A DNA stretch of 64,000 nt, taken from assembly GCA_000002445.1 (NCBI GenBank), contig CP000071.1:2144001-2208000 (forward strand), read 5' to 3'. Shown here piece after piece: positions 52,885 through 63,554 of the stretch (position 1 is its first letter; the number at the start of each line of letters is the position of its first letter). A model generated the notes under the pieces. The model did not search any database, had not been told where the DNA came from, and was given only the letters and a program-made list of their open reading frames with translations. This stretch comes from Trypanosoma brucei. Lineage: Eukaryota. The position numbers and the translations under genes were made by a program.

Positions 52885-54288
52885 ATGATCAGCATCAATG
52901 CCCAACCACCCAACTCAGCCACTTATCCTCGGGATGATCATGGCAGCGCAGAAGCTGGGCAAGCGAATGCTGAGGTGGAACGCCCACAGACAAAAAAACA
53001 GAAAGATGGTGGTGGTTGCTTTGCCAGGGTGAGTCTATTTATGGCAACTATCATCCCACCGGGAGGTATCGCCGCAAGTGCCTTCAACATCGGATCAACT
53101 ACCATTGGTGCCGGCATTTTTGGCTTGCCAGCAGCCGCCAACAGCAGTGGGCTTGTGATGGCGATGATTTATCTTATTATCATTACCGCCATGACTATTT
53201 TCTCCATATATGCTCTTGGTGTCGCCGCTGAAAGAACAAACATTCGTACATACGAAGGAGTTGCCCGTGCACTACTGGGTCCATGGGGTGCATTTTGCAC
53301 TGCTGCAGCCCGTACTTTCTTCTGCTTTAGTGCGTGTGTGGCATATGTGATTTCTGTGGGTGATATCCTGAGTGCTACCTTAAAGGGTACCAATGCCCCT
53401 GATTTCCTGAAGCAGAAGTCAGGCAACCGGCTATTGACATCCCTCATGTGGTTATGCTTCATGCTTCCACTTGTAATACCTCGGCACATTGACTCCCTAC
53501 GTTATGTTTCAACCATCGCATTCAGCCTCATGATATATGTTGTGGTTGTAGTGGTGGTGCACTCATGCATGAATGGGTTACCGGAAAATATCAAGAACGT
53601 CAGTGTGGGAAAGGATGACAATGCTGAGATTATATTGTTTAACAGTGGGAACAGAGCCATCGAAGGTCTTGGGGTGTTCATCTTTTCCTATCTTTTTCAT
53701 ATTACCGCGTATGAGGTCTATATGGACATGACAAACCGTTCGGTGGGTAAGTTCGTTCTGGTTGTCACCATTGCGATGGGTATGTGTCTTCCCATTTATG
53801 CACTGACAGCCTTCTTTGGTTACATGGATTTTGGTCGCAACGTTACCGGCTCTGTGCTCCTACAGTACGACCCTGTGAACTACCCAGCGATTATGGTCGG
53901 TTTCGTTGGTGTGCTCGTCAAGCTATGCGTATCGTATGCACTTTTGGGATTGGCTTGCCGCAATGCGCTGTATGATGTCATCGGGTGGGACTTCAGAGAG
54001 GTTGCTTTCTGGAAGCATTGCATTGCCGTCGTTACTCTCTCTGTCGTCATGTTGCTGTGTGGCTTATTCATCCCCAAAATCACAACCGTATTCGGATTCG
54101 CTGGTTCCATCTCTGGTGGATTGTTGGGTTTCATTCTTCCTGCGCTATTCTTCATGTATTCTGGTGGCTTTACGTGGCAAAAGGTTGGTCCCTTTTATTA
54201 CATTTCCACTTATGTTCTACTGATCACAGGTGTTATCGCAGCCGTATTTGGCACAGGTGCTACCATTTGGGCAGTTACTGTGGGATGA
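52885..54288 (+). CDS. Amino acid transporter (AAT/AAAP family), array copy 2
   Basis: 467 aa, start MISINAQPPNSATYPRDDHGSAEAGQANAEVERPQTKKQKDGGGCF. Otherwise co-linear with copies 3-5. Confidence 0.85.
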   Translation: MISINAQPPNSATYPRDDHGSAEAGQANAEVERPQTKKQKDGGGCFARVSLFMATIIPPGGIAASAFNIGSTTIGAGIFGLPAAANSSGLVMAMIYLIIITAMTIFSIYALGVAAERTNIRTYEGVARALLGPWGAFCTAAARTFFCFSACVAYVISVGDILSATLKGTNAPDFLKQKSGNRLLTSLMWLCFMLPLVIPRHIDSLRYVSTIAFSLMIYVVVVVVVHSCMNGLPENIKNVSVGKDDNAEIILFNSGNRAIEGLGVFIFSYLFHITAYEVYMDMTNRSVGKFVLVVTIAMGMCLPIYALTAFFGYMDFGRNVTGSVLLQYDPVNYPAIMVGFVGVLVKLCVSYALLGLACRNALYDVIGWDFREVAFWKHCIAVVTLSVVMLLCGLFIPKITTVFGFAGSISGGLLGFILPALFFMYSGGFTWQKVGPFYYISTYVLLITGVIAAVFGTGATIWAVTVG

Positions 54289-55289
54289 TTAGCGTAGGTT
54301 CTGCGCACAGGAATGCATTCTACAGCAAGAGGCCAGTCGCACATGTGAATTGTTACCCGAAAACGGCAGGTTAGAAATGTGATACCTGTGTAATGCAGGA
54401 GTAAAAGTGTGCTTAAGTGTTTAAAAAACGAAGAAAATTAATTTAACGTTTCTCTCACCGACAAATCGTATACCTTCTCTCATTTATCCGTTCCAACACG
54501 TATTTCAAACACGGTTCCCCTCTCCAAAACGTTATTTTATTTTGTCAATTATTTCCTTTGTTCGTGTCGACACGAGTGTTTCTCCATTTAGGAAGGGAAT
54601 TTCAAGTGCGAAGAGGGGACATTGTGTTATATTTACTTTCTTTCCATCCTTCGTACACTATTTTTTCTTTGTAACGCCCTCCCTATCCGTATTATTTTAT
54701 TTTTTTAATGGTTGTGCGTGAAGTACAACTGCTTAACGAAAAGCGCTTGTAGGGCCGGTGGGTAATTATTTTCTACATATTTTGTTGTATGCTCCCTAAT
54801 ATACTACAGAAACATTAGCAGCTGCCCACAAAGGTAGTTGTTGTAAGCTTCTGTCGCATAGTATCTCTTTCGTCTCTTTCTTCTTGCTTAAGATGTACAT
54901 AAAGGATTCTTGATACATGCTACCACGTTGTGCAAACCAAATAACACTAATGGAACAGGGGCACTATCAGATTTGCTAACACAGTGGAGCATGAGCATGC
55001 AAGTGATTCCAATGATGCAGATCACGCGGAAAGGCTAATTGCTCTGTTATTAACTGCATTTGGTAATTGTACTAGCACCATTATGTGCTCGGAGTGAGCG
55101 TTCCATAGTACTATGGCTGTGGCAAGTTTCAGAGTGTGGGATGAGTTAACAACGATGCCAAGAACGCTGGCCGCTATTCCCTAAGATGCGTCTGCACTGC
55201 CACCGTAGCAAGTAACGTCTCTAGGCAGTTAACCCTTATGTGTATGTGTAACACTCCGATGCTACTTCTCCACTCGCTAAGCCGTTTTG

Positions 55290-55350
55290 TTCCCCTTAAC
55301 ATTATTACTTTCCCCCTACCTCATATTTTCTATATCCATCAAGTGTATAA
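55290..55350 (+). promoter_or_regulatory. Conserved polypyrimidine tract upstream of each transporter copy (candidate trans-splice acceptor region); the same element recurs at about 50227-50280, 52795-52855, 58015-58075, 60740-60800 and 63465-63525
   Basis: ccccttaacattattactttccccctacctcatattttctatatccatcAAG lies about 30-90 nt upstream of every transporter ATG and is conserved in all six units. Confidence 0.4.
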
Positions 55351-55379
55351 CCACAAAGACACTTAACCACCAAAAGAAA

Positions 55380-56783
55380 ATGACCAGCATCAATGCCCAA
55401 CCACCCAACTCAGCCACTTATCCTCAGGATGATCATGGCAGCGCAGAAGTTGTGAACCTAAATGCTGAGGTGGAACGCCCACAGCCAGAGGAACAGAAAG
55501 ATGGTGGTGGTTGCTTTGCCAGGGTGAGTCTATTTATGGCAACTATCATCCCACCGGGAGGTATCGCCGCAAGTGCCTTCAACATCGGATCAACTACCGT
55601 CGGTGCCGGCATTTTTGGCTTGCCAGCAGCCGCCAACAGCAGTGGGCTTGTGATGGCGATGATTTATCTTATTATCATTACCGCCATGACTATTTTCTCC
55701 ATATATGCTCTTGGTGTCGCCGCTGAAAGAACAAACATTCGTACATACGAAGGAGTTGCCCGTGCACTACTGGGTCCATGGGGTGCATATTACACCGCTG
55801 CAACCCGCGCCTTCTTCAGTTTCAGTGCATGTGTGGCATATGTGATTTCTGTGGGTGATATCCTGAGTGCTACCTTAAAGGGTACCAATGCCCCTGATTT
55901 CCTGAAGCAGAAGTCAGGCAACCGGCTATTGACATCCCTCATGTGGTTATGCTTCATGCTTCCACTTGTAATACCTCGGCACATTGACTCCCTACGTCAC
56001 GTTTCAACCATCGCGTTCATCCTCATGATTTACATGGTGCTTGTAGTGGTGGTGCATTCATGCATGAATGGGTTACCGGAAAATATCAAGAACGTCAGTG
56101 TGGGAAAGGATGACAATGCTGAGATTATACTGTTTAACAGTGGGAACAGAGCCATCGAAGGTCTTGGAGTGTTCATCTTTTCCTATCTTTTTCAGATTAC
56201 CGCGTATGAGGTCTATATGGACATGACAAACCGTTCGGTGGGTAAGTTCGTTCTGGTTGTCACCATTGCGATGGGTATGTGTCTTCCCATGTATGCACTG
56301 ACAGCCTTCTTTGGTTACATGGATTTTGGTCGCAACGTTACCGGCTCTGTGCTCCTACAGTACGACCCTGTGAACTACCCAGCAGTTATGGTCGGTTTCG
56401 TTGGTGTGCTCGTGATGTTGTTCGTATCGTATGCACTTTTGGGATTGGCTTGCCGCAATGCGCTGTATGATGTCATCGGGTGGGACTTCAGAGAGGTTGC
56501 TTTCTGGAAGCATTGCATTGCCGTCGTTACTCTCTCTATCGTCATGTTGCTGTGTGGCTTATTCATCCCCAAAATCACAACTGTGCTGGGATTCGCTGGT
56601 TCTTTCTGTGGTGGGTCGCTGGGTTTCATTCTTCCTGCGCTATTCTTCATGTATTCTGGTGGCTTTACGTGGCAAAAGGTTGGTCCCTTTTATTACATTT
56701 CCACTTATGTTCTACTGATCACAGGTGTTATCGCAGCCGTATTTGGCACAGGTGCTACCATTTGGGCAGTTACTGTGGGATGA
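55380..56783 (+). CDS. Amino acid transporter (AAT/AAAP family), array copy 3
   Basis: 467 aa. Differs from copy 4 by about one residue (I/V), and the nucleotide sequence is over 99% identical including the flanks. Confidence 0.85.
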   Translation: MTSINAQPPNSATYPQDDHGSAEVVNLNAEVERPQPEEQKDGGGCFARVSLFMATIIPPGGIAASAFNIGSTTVGAGIFGLPAAANSSGLVMAMIYLIIITAMTIFSIYALGVAAERTNIRTYEGVARALLGPWGAYYTAATRAFFSFSACVAYVISVGDILSATLKGTNAPDFLKQKSGNRLLTSLMWLCFMLPLVIPRHIDSLRHVSTIAFILMIYMVLVVVVHSCMNGLPENIKNVSVGKDDNAEIILFNSGNRAIEGLGVFIFSYLFQITAYEVYMDMTNRSVGKFVLVVTIAMGMCLPMYALTAFFGYMDFGRNVTGSVLLQYDPVNYPAVMVGFVGVLVMLFVSYALLGLACRNALYDVIGWDFREVAFWKHCIAVVTLSIVMLLCGLFIPKITTVLGFAGSFCGGSLGFILPALFFMYSGGFTWQKVGPFYYISTYVLLITGVIAAVFGTGATIWAVTVG

Positions 56784-58104
56784 TTAGCGTAGGTTCTGCG
56801 CACAGGAATGCATTCTACAGCAAGAGGCCAGTCGCACATGTGAATTGTTACCCGAAAACGGCAGGTTAGAAATGTGATACCTGTGTAATGCAGGAATAAA
56901 AGTGTGCTTAAGTGTTTAAAAAACGAAGAAAATTAATTTAACGTTTCTCTCACCGACAAATCGTATACCTTCTCTCATTTATCCGTTCCAACACGTATTT
57001 CAAGCGCGGTTCCCCTCTCCAAAACGTTATTTTATTTTGTCAATTATTTCCTTTGTTCGTGTCGATACGAATGTTTCTCCATTTAGGAAAGGAATGTAAG
57101 ACGCAAACGGGGGTTATTGTGGTAGAATTGGTTTCTTTTCGTCTTTTACCTTTTTTTTGTATTTTTTATTGTCTGCTCAACAGCAATGCTTGAAGTACAA
57201 CTGCTTAACGAAAAGCGCCTGTAGGGCCGGTGGGTAATTATTTTCTACATATTTTGTTGTATGCTACTTAATATGCGACAGAAACATTAACAGCAGCTCG
57301 CAAAGGTAGTTGTTGTAAGCTTCTGTCGCATAGTATCTCTTTCATCTTTTCCTTCTTCCTTAAGATGTACATAAAGGATTCTTGATACATGCTACCACGT
57401 TGTGCAAACCAAATAACACTAATGAACCAAAGCAGTGGCTACTATTTTTCAATACTAAATCGATTCCTCCCCGTCTGCATTGTGCCGGTGCCTCCTTCAA
57501 CTCTACTTTATATAATCTTCTTCCCCTATCCTTTACCCCTTGTTTCTGGTCTCCAAAAGTATGCGAAAGTACACAAATAAAATAGACTGGTGTCGCAGCC
57601 ATCCTGGCACAACTATTATCCTTGAGTGCACAGGCTGAGAGATAATTTTGACAAATGACTTTAGGTTTCACATGTGTAAGCAGTGGCAGTATCAGATTTG
57701 CTAACACAGTGGAGCATGAGCATGCAAGTGATTCCAATAATGTAGATCACGCGGAAAGGCTAATTGCTCTGTTATTAACTGCATTTGGTAATTGTACTAG
57801 CACCATTATGTGCTCGGAGTGAGCGTTCCATAGTACTATGGCTGTGGCAAGTTTCAGAGTGTGGGATGAGTTAACAACGATGCCAAGAACGCTGGCCGCT
57901 ATTCCCTAAGATGCGTCTGCACTGCCACCGTAGCAAGTAACGTCTCTAGGCAGTTAACCCTTATGTGTATGTGTAACACTCCGATGCTACTTCTCCACTC
58001 GCTAAGCCGTTTTGTTCCCCTTAACATTATTACTTTCCCCCTACCTCATATTTTCTATATCCATCAAGTGTATAACCACAAAGACACTTAACCACCAAAA
58101 GAAA

Positions 58105-59508
58105 ATGACCAGCATCAATGCCCAACCACCCAACTCAGCCACTTATCCTCAGGATGATCATGGCAGCGCAGAAGTTGTGAACCTAAATGCTGAGGTGGAA
58201 CGCCCACAGCCAGAGGAACAGAAAGATGGTGGTGGTTGCTTTGCCAGGGTGAGTTTATTTATGGCAACTATCATCCCACCGGGAGGTATCGCCGCAAGTG
58301 CCTTCAACATCGGATCAACTACCGTCGGTGCCGGCATTTTTGGCTTGCCAGCAGCCGCCAACAGCAGTGGGCTTGTGATGGCGATGATTTATCTTATTAT
58401 CATTACCGCCATGACTATTTTCTCCATATATGCTCTTGGTGTCGCCGCTGAAAGAACAAACATTCGTACATACGAAGGAGTTGCCCGTGCACTACTGGGT
58501 CCATGGGGTGCATATTACACCGCTGCAACCCGCGCCTTCTTCAGTTTCAGTGCATGTGTGGCATATGTGATTTCTGTGGGTGATATCCTGAGTGCTACCT
58601 TAAAGGGTACCAATGCCCCTGATTTCCTGAAGCAGAAGTCAGGCAACCGGCTATTGACATCCCTCATGTGGTTATGCTTCATGCTTCCACTTGTAATACC
58701 TCGGCACATTGACTCCCTACGTCACGTTTCAACCATCGCGTTCATCCTCATGATTTACATGGTGCTTGTAGTGGTGGTGCATTCATGCATGAATGGGTTA
58801 CCGGAAAATATCAAGAACGTCAGTGTGGGAAAGGATGACAATGCTGAGATTATATTGTTTAACAGTGGGAACAGAGCCATCGAAGGTCTTGGGGTGTTCA
58901 TCTTTTCCTATCTTTTTCAGATTACCGCGTATGAGGTCTATATGGACATGACAAACCGTTCGGTGGGTAAGTTCGTTCTGGTTGTCACCATTGCGATGGG
59001 TATGTGTCTTCCCATGTATGCACTGACAGCCTTCTTTGGTTACATGGATTTTGGTCGCAACGTTACCGGCTCTGTGCTCCTACAGTACGACCCTGTGAAC
59101 TACCCAGCAGTTATGGTCGGTTTCGTTGGTGTGCTCGTGATGTTGTTCGTATCGTATGCACTTTTGGGATTGGCTTGCCGCAATGCGCTGTATGATGTCA
59201 TCGGGTGGGACTTCAGAGAGGTTGCTTTCTGGAAGCATTGCATTGCCGTCGTTACTCTCTCTGTCGTCATGTTGCTGTGTGGCTTATTCATCCCCAAAAT
59301 CACAACTGTGCTGGGATTCGCTGGTTCTTTCTGTGGTGGGTCGCTGGGTTTCATTCTTCCTGCGCTATTCTTCATGTATTCTGGTGGCTTTACGTGGCAA
59401 AAGGTTGGTCCCTTTTATTACATTTCCACTTATGTTCTACTGATCACAGGTGTTATCGCAGCCGTATTTGGCACAGGTGCTACCATTTGGGCAGTTACTG
59501 TGGGATGA
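58105..59508 (+). CDS. Amino acid transporter (AAT/AAAP family), array copy 4
   Basis: 467 aa. See copy 3. Confidence 0.85.
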   Translation: MTSINAQPPNSATYPQDDHGSAEVVNLNAEVERPQPEEQKDGGGCFARVSLFMATIIPPGGIAASAFNIGSTTVGAGIFGLPAAANSSGLVMAMIYLIIITAMTIFSIYALGVAAERTNIRTYEGVARALLGPWGAYYTAATRAFFSFSACVAYVISVGDILSATLKGTNAPDFLKQKSGNRLLTSLMWLCFMLPLVIPRHIDSLRHVSTIAFILMIYMVLVVVVHSCMNGLPENIKNVSVGKDDNAEIILFNSGNRAIEGLGVFIFSYLFQITAYEVYMDMTNRSVGKFVLVVTIAMGMCLPMYALTAFFGYMDFGRNVTGSVLLQYDPVNYPAVMVGFVGVLVMLFVSYALLGLACRNALYDVIGWDFREVAFWKHCIAVVTLSVVMLLCGLFIPKITTVLGFAGSFCGGSLGFILPALFFMYSGGFTWQKVGPFYYISTYVLLITGVIAAVFGTGATIWAVTVG

Positions 59509-60829
59509 TTAGCGTAGGTTCTGCGCACAGGAATGCATTCTACAGCAAGAGGCCAGTCGCACATGTGAATTGTTACCCGAAAACGGCAGGTTAGAAATGT
59601 GATACCTGTGTAATGCAGGAATAAAAGTGTGCTTAAGTGTTTAAAAAACGAAGAAAATTAATTTAACGTTTCTCTCACCGACAAATCGTATACCTTCTCT
59701 CATTTATCCGTTCCAACACGTATTTCAAACACGGTTCCCCTCTCCAAAACGTTATTTTATTTTGTCAATTATTTCCTTTGTTCGTGTCGATACGAATGTT
59801 TCTCCATTTAGGAAAGGAATGTAAGACGCAAACGGGGGTTATTGTGGTAGAATTGGTTTCTTTTCGTCTTTTACCTTTTTTTTGTATTTTTTATTGTCTG
59901 CTCAACAGCAATGCGTGAAGTACAACTGCTTAACGAAAAGCGCCTGTAGGGCCGGTGGGTAATTATTTTCTACATATTTTGTTGTATGCTACTTAATATG
60001 CGACAGAAACATTAACAGCAGCTCGCAAAGGTAGTTGTTGTAAGCTTCTGTCGCATAGTATCTCTTTCATCTTTTCCTTCTTCCTTAAGATGTACATAAA
60101 GGATTCTTGATACATGCTACCACGTTGTGCAAACCAAATAACACTAATGAACCAAAGCAGTGGCTACTATTTTTCAATACTAAATCGATTCCTCCCCGTC
60201 TGCATTGTGCCGGTGCCTCCTTCAACTCTACTTTATATAATCTTCTTCCCCTATCCTTTACCCCTTGTTTCTGGTCTCCAAAAGTATGCGAAAGTACACA
60301 AATAAAATAGACTGGTGTCGCAGCCATCCTGGCACAACTATTATCCTTGAGTGCACAGGCTGAGAGATAATTTTGACAAATGACTTTAGGTTTCACATGT
60401 GTAAGCAGTGGCAGTATCAGATTTGCTAACACAGTGGAGCATGAGCATGCAAGTGATTCCAATGATGCAGATCACGCGGAAAGGCTAATTGCTCTGTTAT
60501 TAACTGCATTTGGTAATTGTACTAGCACCATTATGTGCTCGGAGTGAGCGTTCCATAGTACTATGGCTGTGGCAAGTTTCAGAGTGTGGGATGAGTTAAC
60601 AACGATGCCAAGAACGCTGGCCGCTATTCCCTAAGATGCGTCTGCACTGCCACCGTGGCAAGTAACGTCTCTAGGCAGTTAACCCTTATGTGTATGTGTA
60701 ACACTCCGATGCTACTTCTCCACTCGCTAAGCCGTTTTGTTCCCCTTAACATTATTACTTTCCCCCTACCTCATATTTTCTATATCCATCAAGTGTATAA
60801 CCACAAAGACACTTAACCACCAAAAGAAA

Positions 60830-62233
60830 ATGACCAGCATCAAGACCAAGTCGCCAACGTCAGTCACTTATCCTCAGGATGATCATGGCAGCGCAGAAGC
60901 TGGGCAAGCGAATGCTGAGGTGGAACGCCCACAGCCAGAGGAACGGAAAGATGGTGGTGGTTGCTTTGCCAGGGTGAGTTTATTTATGGCAACTATCATC
61001 CCACCGGGAGGTATCGCCGCAAGTGCCTTCAACATCGGATCAACTACCATTGGTGCCGGCATTTTTGGCTTGCCAGCAGCCGCCAACAGCAGTGGGCTTG
61101 TGATGGCGATGATTTATCTTATTATCATTACCGCCATGACTATTTTCTCCATATATGCTCTTGGTGTCGCCGCTGAAAGAACAAACATTCGTACATACGA
61201 AGGAGTTGCCCGTGCACTACTGGGTCCATGGGGTGCATTTTGCACTGCTGCAGCCCGTACTTTCTTCAGTTTCAGTGCATGTGTGGCATATGTGATTTCT
61301 GTGGGTGATATCCTGAGTGCTACCTTAAAGGGTACCAATGCTCCGGATTTCCTGAAGCAGAAGTCAGGCAACCGGCTATTGACATCCCTCATGTGGTTAT
61401 GCTTCATGCTTCCACTTGTAATACCTCGGCACATTGACTCCCTACGTCACGTTTCAACCATCGCGTTTATCCTCATGATTTATACTGTGGTTGTAGTGGT
61501 GGTGCATTCATGCATGAATGGGTTACCGGAAAATATCAAGAACGTCAGTGTGGGAAAGGATGACAATGCTGAGATTATACTGTTTAACAGTGGGAACAGA
61601 GCCATCGAAGGTCTTGGGGTGTTCATCTTTTCCTATCTTTTTCATATTACCGCGTATGAGGTCTATATGGACATGACAAACCGTTCGGTGGGTAAGTTCG
61701 TTCTGGTTGTCATCATTGCGATGGGTATGTGTCTTCCCATGTATGCACTGACAGCCTTCTTTGGTTACATGGATTTTGGTCGCAACGTTACCGGCTCTGT
61801 GCTCCTACAGTACGACCCTGTGAACTACCCAGCGATTATGGTCGGTTTCGTTGGTGTGCTCGTGATGTTGTTCGTATCGTATGCACTTTTGGGATTGGCT
61901 TGCCGCAATGCGCTGTATGATGTCATCGGGTGGGACTTCAGAGAGGTTGCTTTCTGGAAGCATTGCATTGCCGTCGTTACTCTCTCTGTCGTCATGTTGC
62001 TGTGTGGCTTATTCATCCCCAAAATCACAACTGTGCTGGGATTCGCTGGATCTTTCTGTGGTGGATTGTTGGGTTTCATTCTTCCTGCGCTATTCTTCAT
62101 GTATTCTGGTGGCTTTACGTGGCAAAAGGTTGGTCCCTTTTATTACATTTCCACTTATGTTCTACTGATCACAGGTGTTATCGCAGCCGTATTTGGCACA
62201 GGTGCTACCATTTGGGCAGTTACTGTGGGATGA
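60830..62233 (+). CDS. Amino acid transporter (AAT/AAAP family), array copy 5 (variant N-terminus MTSIKTKSPTSVTYP)
   Basis: 467 aa. The N-terminal 15 residues differ from copies 1-4. The middle of the protein mixes copy-2-like (AFCTAAARTFF) and copy-3/4-like (ILMIY.V) blocks. Confidence 0.85.
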   Translation: MTSIKTKSPTSVTYPQDDHGSAEAGQANAEVERPQPEERKDGGGCFARVSLFMATIIPPGGIAASAFNIGSTTIGAGIFGLPAAANSSGLVMAMIYLIIITAMTIFSIYALGVAAERTNIRTYEGVARALLGPWGAFCTAAARTFFSFSACVAYVISVGDILSATLKGTNAPDFLKQKSGNRLLTSLMWLCFMLPLVIPRHIDSLRHVSTIAFILMIYTVVVVVVHSCMNGLPENIKNVSVGKDDNAEIILFNSGNRAIEGLGVFIFSYLFHITAYEVYMDMTNRSVGKFVLVVIIAMGMCLPMYALTAFFGYMDFGRNVTGSVLLQYDPVNYPAIMVGFVGVLVMLFVSYALLGLACRNALYDVIGWDFREVAFWKHCIAVVTLSVVMLLCGLFIPKITTVLGFAGSFCGGLLGFILPALFFMYSGGFTWQKVGPFYYISTYVLLITGVIAAVFGTGATIWAVTVG

Positions 62234-63554
62234 TTAGCGTAGGTTCTGCGCACAGGAATGCATTCTACAGCAAGAGGCCAGTCGCACATGTGAATTGTTA
62301 CCCGAAAACGGCAGGTTAGAAATGTGATGCCTGTGTAATGCAGGAATAAAAGTGTGCTTAAGTGTTTAAAAAACGAAGAAAATTAATTTAACGTTTCTCT
62401 CACCGACAAATCGTATACCTTCTCTCATTCGTTCGCTCCAACACGTATTTCAAGCGCGGTTCCCCTCTCCAAAACGTTATTTTATTTTGTCAATTATTTC
62501 CTTTGTTCGTGTCGATACGAATGTTTCTCCATTTAGGAAAGGAATGTAAGACGCAAACGGGGGTTATTGTGGTAGAATTGGTTTCTTTTCGTCTTTTACC
62601 TTTTTTTTGTATTTTTTATTGTCTGCTCAACAGCAATGCTTGAAGTACAACTGCTTAACGAAAAGCGCCTGTAGGGCCGGTGGGTAATTATTTTCTACAT
62701 ATTTTGTTGTATGCTACTTAATATGCGACAGAAACATTAACATCTGCCCACAAAGGTAGTTGTTGTAAGCTTCTGTCGCATAGTATCTCTTTCATCTTTT
62801 CCTTCTTCCTTAAGATGTACATAAAGGATTCTTGATACATGCTACCACGTTGTGCAAACCAAATAACACTAATGAACCAAAGCAGTGGCTACTATTTTTC
62901 AATACTAAATCGATTCCTCCCCGTCTGCATTGTGCCGGTGCCTCCTTCAACTCTACTTTATATAATCTTCTTCCCCTATCCTTTACCCCTTGTTTCTGGT
63001 CTCCAAAAGTATGCGAAAGTACACAAATAAAATAGACTGGTGTCGCAGCCATCCTGGCACAACTATTATCCTTGAGTGCACAGGCTGAGAGATAATTTTG
63101 ACAAATGACTTTAGGTTTCACATGTGTAAGCAGTGGCAGTATCAGATTTGCTAACACAGTGGAGCATGAGCATGCAAGTGATTCCAATGATGCAGATCAC
63201 GCGGAAAGGCTAATTGCTCTGTTATTAACTGCATTTGGTAATTGTACTAGCACCATTATGTGCTCGGAGTGAGCGTTCCATAGTACTATGGCTGTGGCAA
63301 GTTTCAGAGTGTGGGATGAGTTAACAACGATGCCAAGAACGCTGGCCGCTATTCCCTAAGATGCGTCTGCACTGCCACCGTAGCAAGTAACGTCTCTAGG
63401 CAGTTAACCCTTATGTGTATGTGTAACACTCCGATGCTACTTCTCCACTCGCTAAGCCGTTTTGTTCCCCTTAACATTATTACTTTCCCCCTACCTCATA
63501 TTTTCTATATCCATCAAGTGTATAACCACAAAGACACTTAACCACCAAAAGAAA

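Noticed and set aside
52212-63187. Recurrent minus-strand ORFs in the transporter spacers (MESLACSCSTVLANLILP..., 101-125 aa) and recurrent plus-strand ORFs inside the transporter genes (MLCQGESIYGNYHPTGRYRRK..., MGLQRGCFLEALHCRRYS...)
   Set aside because: They recur only because the whole 2.7-kb unit is repeated. Their composition is low complexity and Cys-rich, with no start context. They are alternate-frame or antisense artefacts of transporter and spacer sequence.
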